A program made the position numbers and the translations under genes. DNA of 32,000 nt from Candidatus Kuenenia stuttgartensis. GTDB taxonomy: Bacteria > Planctomycetota > Brocadiia > Brocadiales > Brocadiaceae. Location: NCBI RefSeq assembly GCF_900232105.1, contig NZ_LT934425.1, positions 1,140,001-1,172,000 on the forward strand. The letters are read 5' to 3'. This document shows, in pieces, positions 17,016 to 26,000 of this stretch (within the stretch, counting starts at the first letter, position 1; the number at the start of each line of letters is the position of its first letter). The notes under the pieces are model-generated. The model was not told the DNA's origin, did no database searches, and was given only the letters and a program-made list of their open reading frames with translations.

Positions 17016-20000
17016 TTATCCTGCCAAAAGGTTGCCCTGCACATCCTGTTTTTCGTTCATAACGGGCAATTTTATATAAAAAGCCGTTCCCCTGCCATAT
17101 TTACTCTTCACATCTATCGTACCTCCATGCTCATCAATGATACGCTGAACAACGGACAGCCCAAGCCCGGTGCCTTCCGATTTTGTCGTATAAAAAGGCT
17201 CAAATACCTTGTTTATTTCGTGCTCAGCCATCCCAATCCCGTTGTCCGATATGATGATCTCGATTGCATTTCTCAAAAATAATGTAGTTTTCCGTACAAC
17301 AATCCTGATTCGGCCGCCATCGGGCATTGCATCCAAAGAATTTATAAATAAATTCCATAATATCTGATGGATTAAATCCGTATCAATATAGACTTTAGGC
17401 AGTACGGTTTCGTAGATTTCCTTTATTTCAATTTTATCCGTAAACCTCTTATCCTGCCCTAAGAGAAAAATGGTATTTTTAATTATTCCCTTGATGTCCT
17501 GCAAAACTAAGGAAGGCTCGCGGGGATGCGCAAACGACAGGAAATCGCTTATAATCCTGTCCAACCTTTCCGATTCCCCGACAATCATTTCCAGCAAATC
17601 CATGTCCTGTCCGGACAATTTCAGATGTGAATCTAAAATCCCAACCGAATTGCAGATTGCCCCCAGAGGGTTTCTTATTTCATGGGCAATTGCGGCGGCC
17701 AGTTCACCCATTGAAGCCAGTTTTTCGGAGCGCCTGACCTGATCTTCCATCCTTTTCCTCTCGGAAATATCTCTGACAAACTCTCTGATAAATATACATT
17801 CGCCTGTTTTCCGGTTGTAAAAACCCGTCCCATGAATCTCGACATTTATTTCATTTCCGGATTTCGAGAGAAAGACCGTTTCCAGCTCGCTGCTTCCCGT
17901 CTCTTTTATCAGGTTTATATGCCGTTTTATCTCGTCGCGGTAACCGGCAGGAACGATATCTCCAAGTTTCATCTGTTTCATTTCTTCAATAGCATATCCC
18001 AGTTTGTTTAGCTCCGTTTTGTTGACGTCGGTAAAATTCCCTTCAGGATGAATCTCGTGAATCATTTCCGGCGCATTCTCCACAAGATCCCTGTATTTTT
18101 TTTCTGATTCTTTGATAGACAAAAACAGCCTGGCATTTTCAATGGTAATCGCTATTTGAGAAGTCAACTGGTTTAATACGTCATAATGCATTTCCTTAAA
18201 AGCGTTTTTCTTATAGCTCCCTAACGTTAACGTCCCAATCGATTCCCCTTTTGATTTCAATGGAAAACATAAATAGGAATGTATCTCTTTTTCATAGAGT
18301 TTGTTGTCGAAAGCGTATTCTCCACTGCTTGTGTCCGCAACAAAGACGGGGACTCCCTTTTCAAAAACAATGTCCTGCGCCATTGTTTTTCCCGGTAGTT
18401 GTTGAATGCCCAGCCAATTTTTTGCCAACAACACCCCGTCAACAATATTCGATTCTTCAAACATTTCAGGCCCGTCCGGAAAATACGCTACGCTTAACCA
18501 TGTAATATCAATCATGCGTTTCAATTCCCTGAATACCGCCTCATAAACCGCCTTAATATCAATGCCGGAAGCTATTGTCTTATTAATATTATTAATAATA
18601 TCCTTTTCCAGGGCTATCAGCTTAACCTTTGTGATGTCCTTTGAAATGACTACAAAACCAATGGGTTTCCCATTTTCAGAGCGCCGCAACGTTGCCGTAT
18701 CATGCACCGGAAAGACTTCGCCGTTTCTCCTCCGTTTCAGCACTTCGCCTTCAAATCGTCCGCTCTTAAAGGCCTTTTCAAGGATGAAATCTACCTTTCC
18801 GGACTCAATATCCTCTTCCACGTGAAGTTTTCTTATATTAGCAATGCCAATCATCTCTTCCTGCCGGTATCCAAAAATCAAGCTCGCACCTTTATTAAAA
18901 GCAAGAATGTTGCCGCTCAAATCCTGGGCAATAATAGAATATTCCGTAGAACCAGCGAGGATACTATTTAAAAAATTGGTGGTGGACTGAAGTTCAAGTG
19001 TTCTTTCCTTAACTTTATTTTCAAGATCAATCGTATAATTTCTCAGTTTTATCGTTTTTTCTTCAAGAGACGCCGCCATCACATTAAACTCTTTTGCCAG
19101 TTTTCCTATTTCATCGTTTCTTTCTTTATATATGACCCTTTGCCCCAGATCACCGCCGGTTATTTTCTTCGTTACTTCGGTAATTTCATAAATAGGAGAG
19201 GTTATTCTCCTGCTAAAGTAAAAAGCAGCCAGGGTAAGCGGAAATGCCAGCACCATTAACATAGAGAGTACAAAGTTTTTTAAACTATAGGCAGTTTCAT
19301 AGCCTTCGTGAATGTTTATCTGTGTAAGCAACCCGCAGTTAATATCGGCAATCCAGCACCATGCGCCCAACACTTTGCATCCGTTATAATTAATATACCC
19401 TTTTGTATCGTATCCATCTCTGCCGCTCAAACACTCTGCCGCTCCCGCAGTACGCATTCCGGTACGGGGATTTAATACTTTTAATTCAAATATGGTGTTT
19501 CTTCGTATCAGTCCTGAATTTTTTAATTCCTCTAAAAACCGTGACTCTGTTACCATATAACCTTCCCGGTTAATCAGAAAGGTCTCTCCTGTTGCCCCTA
19601 ACTTTACATTTTTTAAAATATCGTTAAGGGGCGTTGTATCTATGCCAAAAACGACGGCGCCCAGAAGAGAATTGTCCGGTTTAAGGATCGGAGCAGATAA
19701 AAATATTACATAACTTTCCGCAGAACGGCCTGCCTCATCCTCCATGAAAAAAGGCGTGATGCCTGACGTCTCCATTTCCCCCATTAGCGCTTCACGGCAA
19801 TACTCAGCATACCTGTTGCTTCTTTCAGCAGGTTTTGGAGCCGAAGCAACCACGCTTTCCTCCAGGGAGACAACACCTATCGTTTTATATCCATACTCGT
19901 TTTTAATCTTTTCGGTATATGCTGACAAGGCGGAAAAATCATCGCCGGAAATGGCACTTGCAAATGAAACAGAAATATTTTTTGTTATCATTTTCGCCTC

Positions 20001-20216
20001 GTGTTTCCGCTCATTAAGCCACATCTTTATCAGCTCTGCCTGCTTCTGTTTCACCCCTTCCAGGTTACGCACCAACACACCTTCCAGGTCAGATTTGGCC
20101 TTGGGGAATGCGAAAAAAAGAAGCAGCAACAACGGCGTAAATGAACATAATAACAATATTAAAATGAAACTTTTTTTTATGGATTTAAATAAAAACATAA
20201 TCTGTGTTTTTAACAA
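17016..20216 (-). CDS. multidomain sensor histidine kinase (TM, Cache, TM, HAMP, PAS, GAF, PAS, HisKA, HATPase_c)
   Basis: 1066 aa. It has a HAMP-like segment after TM2, the H-box ELAAAIAHEIRNPL, and the ATPase motifs ISDNGIGM and GTGLGLSVV. The true start may be ATG 20198 (MFLFKSIKK..) rather than TTG 20216. Confidence 0.9.
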   Translation of the reverse strand: MLKTQIMFLFKSIKKSFILILLLCSFTPLLLLLFFAFPKAKSDLEGVLVRNLEGVKQKQAELIKMWLNERKHEAKMITKNISVSFASAISGDDFSALSAYTEKIKNEYGYKTIGVVSLEESVVASAPKPAERSNRYAEYCREALMGEMETSGITPFFMEDEAGRSAESYVIFLSAPILKPDNSLLGAVVFGIDTTPLNDILKNVKLGATGETFLINREGYMVTESRFLEELKNSGLIRRNTIFELKVLNPRTGMRTAGAAECLSGRDGYDTKGYINYNGCKVLGAWCWIADINCGLLTQINIHEGYETAYSLKNFVLSMLMVLAFPLTLAAFYFSRRITSPIYEITEVTKKITGGDLGQRVIYKERNDEIGKLAKEFNVMAASLEEKTIKLRNYTIDLENKVKERTLELQSTTNFLNSILAGSTEYSIIAQDLSGNILAFNKGASLIFGYRQEEMIGIANIRKLHVEEDIESGKVDFILEKAFKSGRFEGEVLKRRRNGEVFPVHDTATLRRSENGKPIGFVVISKDITKVKLIALEKDIINNINKTIASGIDIKAVYEAVFRELKRMIDITWLSVAYFPDGPEMFEESNIVDGVLLAKNWLGIQQLPGKTMAQDIVFEKGVPVFVADTSSGEYAFDNKLYEKEIHSYLCFPLKSKGESIGTLTLGSYKKNAFKEMHYDVLNQLTSQIAITIENARLFLSIKESEKKYRDLVENAPEMIHEIHPEGNFTDVNKTELNKLGYAIEEMKQMKLGDIVPAGYRDEIKRHINLIKETGSSELETVFLSKSGNEINVEIHGTGFYNRKTGECIFIREFVRDISERKRMEDQVRRSEKLASMGELAAAIAHEIRNPLGAICNSVGILDSHLKLSGQDMDLLEMIVGESERLDRIISDFLSFAHPREPSLVLQDIKGIIKNTIFLLGQDKRFTDKIEIKEIYETVLPKVYIDTDLIHQILWNLFINSLDAMPDGGRIRIVVRKTTLFLRNAIEIIISDNGIGMAEHEINKVFEPFYTTKSEGTGLGLSVVQRIIDEHGGTIDVKSKYGRGTAFYIKLPVMNEKQDVQGNLLAG

Positions 20217-20293
20217 GGTAAAAGAATACTTACGGGAAAATTAGGAACAAGCCGTAAGATGTTTGGTGTTTTCTCGTTTTTTTTGCGGCACAT

Positions 20294-21364
20294 TTATTCT
20301 TTCCTGTCGTGTTCCTTACTTTCTCCAGCCCGCTGTTCCAGCAAGGCTCTCGATTTCTCAATCGCTGCATGAAGTTTCTTTTCCAACAACTCTTTTGGAG
20401 GCAATTCGGTTAAATATTCTGCAATCTTAATGGAAGACTTGTTCAACTCCAGCAGTTCAATCTGTTCATGAGCACCTTCAGCACACAGGACCAGTCCAAG
20501 ATGGTCGTTCTCATCCTTTTCCTTTTCGTACTTCTTCAACCAGCGCAGGTAGAGTTCCATCTGTCCCTTGAAGGTAGCTTTAAACTTACCAAGTTTGAGT
20601 TCGACAGCCACCAACCGTTTCAGCTTACGGTGGTAAAAGAGTAAATCGAGGTAGAAGTCTTCGTTATCAATTGCCATTCGCTTCTGTCTGGCAACAAAGG
20701 TAAATCCTGCGCCAAGTTCCAGAATAAAAGATTCCAGTTCCCTTAGAATCGCAGCCTCCATGTCAGATTCGCTGTATATATCTTTCAGATTTAAAAAATC
20801 CAGCACGTAGGGATCACGAAAAACAAGGTCTGGTTATATTTTATCGTTAGAACGTAATTCAGCCAATTCGTGCTTTGCCAATTCTTCTGGTTTTCTGAAA
20901 ATAGCCGTGCGCTCATAAAGCATTGAATCGATCTTCTTGCGTAGGGTATGTACACTCCACCGATCTACCCTGCACATTTCAGTGTAAAACTCTCGTTGCA
21001 AAGGTTCTTTTAAGGGAATTAGTGCGATAAAATGAGTCCAGCTTAAATGCCGTATCAGCGATACGACAATCTCTTTGGATGGGTAAACATCTGCGAATTG
21101 AATCATTCTGCGCAGATTTTTTCCGGAAAAATTGTTGCCATATTCCAATATTAATTGTCGTGACAGTGATACGATAATCTCTCTGCCATATTCCGCCCGT
21201 TTTCCTTTCAGAATTTATTCATTAACCCGCTTTCCAATCTGCCAGTAAAGCATGGTTATAGCGGCATTGACCGTTGAGGCAACTGTATGGCGGGCTTCCT
21301 CGATAAGGCAACGAACGTCCTTATAAAAGTTGCTTACAACAATATCTTCCACATTTTTTTTCAT
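20294..21364 (-). pseudogene. DUF1016 / YhcG-like PD-(D/E)XK nuclease family gene with two in-frame TAA codons
   Basis: A single frame reads MKKNVEDIVVSNFYKDVRCLIEEARHTVASTVNAAITMLYWQIGKRVNE*ILKGKRAEYGREIIVSLSRQLILEYGNNFSGKNLRRM...SNDKI*PDLVFRDPYVLDFLNL...DLLFYHRKLKRLVAVELKLGKF.. The stops are at 21215-21217 and 20834-20836. There are no frameshifts. The family was recognised from these motifs. Confidence 0.8.
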
Positions 21365-21451
21365 CACTTTATATCCTGCCCTGATTTTGTTTTGACCGAA
21401 CCTACCCTGAAGTGTATGTCCCTGACTATACCCCTCCGTACAGGAATATTT

Positions 21452-23215
21452 TCACCGGAGAACAACCTCTTCCTTATTATTCTTATTCCGATAAACAAGA
21501 TACAACAATCCGTCTGCCATTGAATAATTGTAAGGGAAGGGGCACAATGTCCCGCTTAATTTACTTATCATATAATTATACATTTCTTCCGCCTTTTGCG
21601 GGGACATACCCTCCTTCACTGCATATAAATACCCTAACCCCAGATCCTCGCCTATCGGTGACCGTATACTTGCCAAACCATACTCCGAAGGATTATTGAC
21701 AATCGGCGAATCCTTTTCCATACCAAACAATGACGGCAAACAAGAATATCCCGCAGAATGCAGATACTCTTCGTTCAGCACAAAGTCAAGTGTTTCCATC
21801 GCTTCATTTTCAGTCTCCGTTGGAAACCCCACTATGACGTAAAGGTGAAACGAAATGCCCGCTTTCAAACATTCATCCAGCGTTTTTTTTACTACATCGC
21901 GTTTTGTCCCCTTTTTCATTTTATCCAGCACACGTTGACAATACGACTCCAATCCAAACACCAGCTTTTGACACCCTGCTTCCGCCATTTTTTTCAAAAC
22001 GTCTCCGGTAAGGGCTTTTTCAAAACGCACGCCTCCCATCCATTTTATTTCATCCCTGCTTTCCAATAAGCATTGAGAAATTTCACGCAATTTATTCATC
22101 GGGACCGATTCATCCGTAAAGAAGAAACACTTTGTTTGGTATTCCCGTGAAAGTTTCTGTATATCTTCCATTATCAGGTCAGTGCGCCGTAACCGAAAGT
22201 TTCTATGGTCAAGGTGCAAATTACAAAAGGCACATTTCCTGTAATAGCAACCCCGCGAGGTCTGTATGGGCAAAACAAGAGAGGGGGTAAAGTAAAGAGA
22301 CAGAGGGAACCCTTTAAAATCAGGCGTCGGCAAGGTATTTAAATCTTCCGAAAAGTAATTATCGTTAATCTTTATAACGCCTTTTTCCCGGTAAACAAGA
22401 TTTGGCACCTTTTTGAAATCATTTTTGCCATCCACCTGCGCACACAATTCCAGTAGTGCGTGCTCTCCCTCAAAAACAATAAAGCTGTCCACCAGTGTAA
22501 AAAGTGAATCAACCTTTTTCAACTCCTCTATGAGTTTCGTAAAAACACTTCCGCCAACGGTGATGTGTATTTCCCTGTTTTGTTCTTTTATTAGCTTTGC
22601 AAGGGTAAGGCCAGGTATTATTTGCGAAGTGTTAGTAATAGAAATACCTACTATTTTTGGCGTCGCTTCCAAAATTGAGGACAGGACATATTCTTTATAA
22701 AGAGAGAGAAAAATATTTTCTCTCTCTGAATGGATTGCCTGCAAAATATCGTTCGAGGAATATACTGAAAACCTCATAGTGTTACTTACCGCCGTCATCA
22801 CTGAAGGATAAAAAAGGGACGACATAAGCCGAAGGGCTTCGTTCACAATATGGACGGCTTCCATATAGCTATCAAGGTGATAGAAAGCATCAGACCTCAA
22901 AATATTTTTTGCGCGTTCTACTTGATGTATGAACCACGGAAGTGCTTCCACTGCCTCTGTTAAAGCATTTCTCTCTTCATGATAATTGAGGCTGTTTATG
23001 AGACGTTCTTCTAAACCGCGTAATTTATCCGTAATTTTATTGTAAGATTCGCCACATGTTTTCTGCGTCAGAAGCATATCCAGCAGCTCGATATTCAAAT
23101 CTCTCTGTATAACATCGCTGACGCCGTTTTGTTTTAAAAAGGCAGTTAAGGAAGGCAGACTGAGATATGGTTGAGAAGGATGCCATGAAGGAGGAAAAAG
23201 CAACAAAACTTTCAT
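21452..23215 (-). CDS. B12-binding-domain radical SAM protein (class B-like), substrate unknown
   Basis: 587 aa. The N-terminus MKVLLLFPPSW..PYLSLPSL is typical of the cobalamin-binding domain of COG1032-type enzymes. The cluster motif TSRGCYYRKCAFCN lies at 22223-22249. A later VFGLES..GFPTET region follows. An AAGGTG RBS lies upstream. Confidence 0.82.
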   Translation of the reverse strand: MKVLLLFPPSWHPSQPYLSLPSLTAFLKQNGVSDVIQRDLNIELLDMLLTQKTCGESYNKITDKLRGLEERLINSLNYHEERNALTEAVEALPWFIHQVERAKNILRSDAFYHLDSYMEAVHIVNEALRLMSSLFYPSVMTAVSNTMRFSVYSSNDILQAIHSERENIFLSLYKEYVLSSILEATPKIVGISITNTSQIIPGLTLAKLIKEQNREIHITVGGSVFTKLIEELKKVDSLFTLVDSFIVFEGEHALLELCAQVDGKNDFKKVPNLVYREKGVIKINDNYFSEDLNTLPTPDFKGFPLSLYFTPSLVLPIQTSRGCYYRKCAFCNLHLDHRNFRLRRTDLIMEDIQKLSREYQTKCFFFTDESVPMNKLREISQCLLESRDEIKWMGGVRFEKALTGDVLKKMAEAGCQKLVFGLESYCQRVLDKMKKGTKRDVVKKTLDECLKAGISFHLYVIVGFPTETENEAMETLDFVLNEEYLHSAGYSCLPSLFGMEKDSPIVNNPSEYGLASIRSPIGEDLGLGYLYAVKEGMSPQKAEEMYNYMISKLSGTLCPFPYNYSMADGLLYLVYRNKNNKEEVVLR

Positions 23216-23357
23216 TCTTTCACCTTTCTTACGCTTGTTTCATTGTGAGCGCCACGTCACGCAACGCTCATTGAACAACTATTCCATACATAACCCTATG
23301 CTTCAGCATGGATTATGTATAGCAGGCACTGCTTACCGGAAATTGGGCAGTTACGAA

Positions 23358-23427
23358 GTACGATTTGGGATTTACGATTTTAGATTTGGGATTTTAAATC
23401 GTACCTCATACTTCATACTTCATACTT
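23358..23427. repeat. composite repeat module: ACGATTT-type inverted units followed by (CATACTT)x3
   Basis: GTACGATTTGGGATTTACGATTTTAGATTTGGGATTTTAAATCGTACCT then CATACTT x3 (23407-23427). It shares GATTTACGATTT...AAATCGTACCTC with 24999-25046. Confidence 0.8.
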
Positions 23428-23430
23428 CAC

Positions 23431-23476
23431 AAATCCCTGCGGGATTGAAAGTATAAAACGTGTGGTTCCGGTTTGG
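23431..23476 (+). repeat. truncated copy of the 3' part of the ~170-bp structured repeat
   Basis: AAATCCCTGCGGGATTGAAAGTATAAAACGTGTGGTTCCGGTTTGG compares with ..GCGGGATTGAAAGTATAAAATGTTTGGTTCAGGTTACAAACC at 31584-31625. The AATCCC/GGGATT helix is collapsed to a 3-nt loop. Confidence 0.7.
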
Positions 23477-23664
23477 TCTTTGCGTATTTGTGTGAATATT
23501 TTCATTCCCATTCGTGAGCAACAGTTCCTAATATTTAATTATACTACTTATTGCGCGTGATGGCAAAAGTACCTGTAGCGACAGGAGTTCCCCACCCCAC
23601 CGCCCGATACGGTTGCTGTCAGGAGGAAAACCCCTGACAGCGCAAAAAAACCACCTATTCTCAT

Positions 23665-24927
23665 TCACGGCAATAATTTCGGCGGCATTATTGACTCCAA
23701 ATTCAACGCCTCCCTCCCGCTCAAAACATTCATCTGTTTCTGCGATTGCGTCTTTACAGGCAAACCGTAAATCTTAATAAATCCAAGAGAAGCCGCATGG
23801 TCAAAGACGTCCGTTTTCTGGTAAGTAGCAAGTTCCTCACTATAAAGGGCGTGAGGCGATTTTCTCCCGACTACGGCACAAGACCCCTTTGACAATTTTA
23901 CGCGAATCGTTCCATTCACAATTCTCTGACTGCTCAATACATAAGCGACAAGATCCTGATGAAAGGCAGAAAACCAAAGGCCATTGTAAATCAAATCAGC
24001 ATAATGACTTGAAACTATTTCCTTAAAGCGCAAAGCATCTTTTGTCATATTCATGCCTTCGAGCGCCTTATGTGCGGCATGAAGTATAATGGCAGCCGGC
24101 GCCTCGTAAATTTCACGCGATTTTATCCCCACCAGCCGGTTTTCTATATGATCAATGCGGCCAACGCCATGCTCTCCCCCCAGTGCGTTTAGCGTATTAA
24201 TAAGCGCAACCCCTTCTGTTTTTTTGCCATTTAACGCTATCGGGATACCTTTTTCAAAATCGATTTCTATATATGCCGGTTCGTCAGGGACGTCTTTAAT
24301 ATTTCTCGTCCATTTATAAACATCCGCAGGCGGTTCCATCCAGGGGTCTTCCAATACGCCGCACTCAACACTTCGCCCCCAGAGGTTTTCATCGGTGCTG
24401 TACGGACTATTTACTTTTGCCTCAACATGGATTCCATGTTCTTCCGCATATTGAATTTCTTCATCCCTGGACATCTTCCACTCACGCAACGGGGCAATAA
24501 TCTGTAATCTCGGGTTTAACACCTGTAACGAGACATCCAAACGAACCTGATCATTCCCCTTACCTGTGCAACCATGGGCGACAGCATCCGCCTTTTCATC
24601 TTCTGCCGCATCCGCCAGTAATTTCGCAATAAGCGGCCTGCCCAAGGCGGTTGCCAACGGATACACCCCTTCATATAATGCGCCCGCCTGCAATGCCGGC
24701 ATGACGAAATATTTCACAAATGTATCTTTCGCATCGACAACAATGGCCTTCTTTGCCCCTATTTTCAAAGCCTTTTGACGAATTGATTCAAGATCTTTTA
24801 CGGCACCCAGATCAACAGTCACCGTAATAACATCCATATCATATTTTTCCGGAATCCACTTAATGGCCACAGATGTATCAAGCCCGCCGGAATACGCCAA
24901 AACCACTTTTTTTCTTTGTTTCGTCAT
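23665..24927 (-). CDS. argG: argininosuccinate synthase
   Basis: KVVLAYSGGLDTSV ATP-PPase motif, AHGCTGKGNDQVR, and overall collinearity with ArgG. I place the start at ATG 24927 (MTKQRKK..); the ORF-track start at 24945 is a TTG. Confidence 0.92.
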   Translation of the reverse strand: MTKQRKKVVLAYSGGLDTSVAIKWIPEKYDMDVITVTVDLGAVKDLESIRQKALKIGAKKAIVVDAKDTFVKYFVMPALQAGALYEGVYPLATALGRPLIAKLLADAAEDEKADAVAHGCTGKGNDQVRLDVSLQVLNPRLQIIAPLREWKMSRDEEIQYAEEHGIHVEAKVNSPYSTDENLWGRSVECGVLEDPWMEPPADVYKWTRNIKDVPDEPAYIEIDFEKGIPIALNGKKTEGVALINTLNALGGEHGVGRIDHIENRLVGIKSREIYEAPAAIILHAAHKALEGMNMTKDALRFKEIVSSHYADLIYNGLWFSAFHQDLVAYVLSSQRIVNGTIRVKLSKGSCAVVGRKSPHALYSEELATYQKTDVFDHAASLGFIKIYGLPVKTQSQKQMNVLSGREALNLESIMPPKLLP

Positions 24928-24998
24928 AAAATCATTAAACTCCAAGTGTTAAATTACACAATTTAGCTTACAGGCTTGTCAGCATGTTACACAAGATA

Positions 24999-25046
24999 GA
25001 TTTGCGATTTACGATTTAAAATCGTACCTCGTAAATCGTAAATCAA
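24999..25046. repeat. heptamer-built imperfect hairpin: (GATTTNN)x3 facing (NNAAATC) units including (CGTAAAT)x2
   Basis: GATTTGCGATTTACGATTTAAAATCGTACCTCGTAAATCGTAAATC lies just downstream (minus sense) of the CBS gene stop. It is related to 23358-23427. Confidence 0.75.
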
Positions 25047-25058
25047 AATGCGGACGCC

Positions 25059-25514
25059 TTATCTTTTTTTGACAACCTTTGTCATGTACCGTAAAAGAAC
25101 CAAACGCGACACAATTCCCACCACCTTGCCGTCCCTTAACACGGGAACTGCGTGTATTTTTCTGTTCAACATGGCGGCTGCAACTTTTATTATGGTATCG
25201 TTCTCGCTGGCAGTAGCGGCCAAAATTGGTTTTGACATAATTTCGGTAATATCCATATCTTTGCACTCAAGACATCTTTTATCAAAATAATCTTCACCCA
25301 TAATTGAAAATAATGCGTCATCCGAATTTAAATATTTGGGCATAAGCACCTTTAAGAGGTCGGTCTCGGTTACAACCCCAACAAGTTTTTCCTTATCGTC
25401 CACCACAAATATGACGTGAAACCTGATTTTCCCAAGCATTTCCATTAGGTTGTAAAATGTACCAGAAGCAGGCACTACTGTTGGATCTGTAACCATAATG
25501 TCTCTGATTTTCAT
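25059..25514 (-). CDS. CBS-domain pair protein
   Basis: 151 aa with two CBS-like units (MKIRDIMVTDPTVV..HVIFVVDDKEKLVGVVTETDLL and ITEIMSKPILAA..IHAVPVLRDGKVVGIVSRLVLL). A GGGAGAG RBS lies upstream. Confidence 0.8.
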   Translation of the reverse strand: MKIRDIMVTDPTVVPASGTFYNLMEMLGKIRFHVIFVVDDKEKLVGVVTETDLLKVLMPKYLNSDDALFSIMGEDYFDKRCLECKDMDITEIMSKPILAATASENDTIIKVAAAMLNRKIHAVPVLRDGKVVGIVSRLVLLRYMTKVVKKR

Positions 25515-25663
25515 ACGATATTCTCTCCCTTCCCTAAAAAAATAGTTTATTTATTTTGACAATGATGTGTTTTCCGGTTTTAAATAATTGAAGAAATGAA
25601 GGACATATTTTATATCAGATAGTAAAATGTGATTACAATAAAATTTTCATTTCCCGTATGGAA

Positions 25664-25712
25664 GTCGTTGGTCATTAGTCATTGGTCAGCAGTCAGCAGT
25701 CAGCAGTCAGCA
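25664..25712. repeat. tandem heptamer array GTCGTTG GTCATTA GTCATTG (GTCAGCA)x4
   Basis: Seven contiguous GTCNNNN units, the last four identical, in the divergent CBS / GDH-MurI intergenic region. Confidence 0.9.
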
Positions 25713-25739
25713 GTTTAGTTTTTTAAAAAAGCAAAAGCG

Positions 25740-25771
25740 CTCGTTCCAAGTCTGTCCAGCTTGGGAACGAG
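25740..25771. repeat. REP-like hairpin CTCGTTCCAAG-N9-CTTGGGAACGAG (one-base bulge)
   Basis: Inverted arms read directly. It is followed at 25781-25802 by CGGGCAAATGCTTCGCCCCTAC, which is GTAG-prefixed on the minus strand. Confidence 0.65.
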
Positions 25772-26000
25772 ATCGAAAAACGGGCAAATGCTTCGCCCCT
25801 ACAGTTTTACAATTCCCCCGGATCAGGGTTCTGCATTTAGGTTCTGGACTTTAAAATACCTCCCCCTTGTTTTTTTTGTTAACTTTATCAGAAAAAGGAA
25901 ATATCTTGAGAAGTATTGAAATATTTAGTTAACTAAAACAATCAATACATTCCTTATTCCTGCAAATAAAACAAATTTTCAATGTCCGGCACATATACCC

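Noticed and set aside
19744-20244. 166-aa + strand ORF, along with the many other 60-140-aa ORFs antisense to long genes (for example 1924-2340, 6026-6421, 7925-8314, 13633-14052, 15593-15994, 27473-27829, 22413-22700).
   Set aside because: These are shadow ORFs lying entirely inside well-supported genes on the opposite strand. Their translations are low-complexity or Ser/Cys/Phe-rich and have no motifs.
21287-21699. Two + strand ORFs (78 and 95 aa) spanning the nuclease-rSAM junction.
   Set aside because: They are antisense to the N-terminus of the YhcG-like pseudogene and the C-terminus of the radical SAM gene, and have no supporting signals.
23235-23456. 73-aa ORF in the rSAM-argG spacer.
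   Set aside because: It is composed almost entirely of the ACGATTT and CATACTT repeats and the truncated structured repeat. It has no RBS and a low-complexity translation.
23615-23641. Hairpin GCTGTCAGG-AGGAAAACC-CCTGACAGC with a vaguely B12-box-like GTCAGGAGG, upstream of the B12-binding radical SAM gene. Possible cobalamin riboswitch or argG terminator.
   Set aside because: The B12-box match is poor and lies on the + strand, while both neighbouring genes are on the minus strand. As a terminator it has the U-run on the wrong side for minus-strand transcripts.
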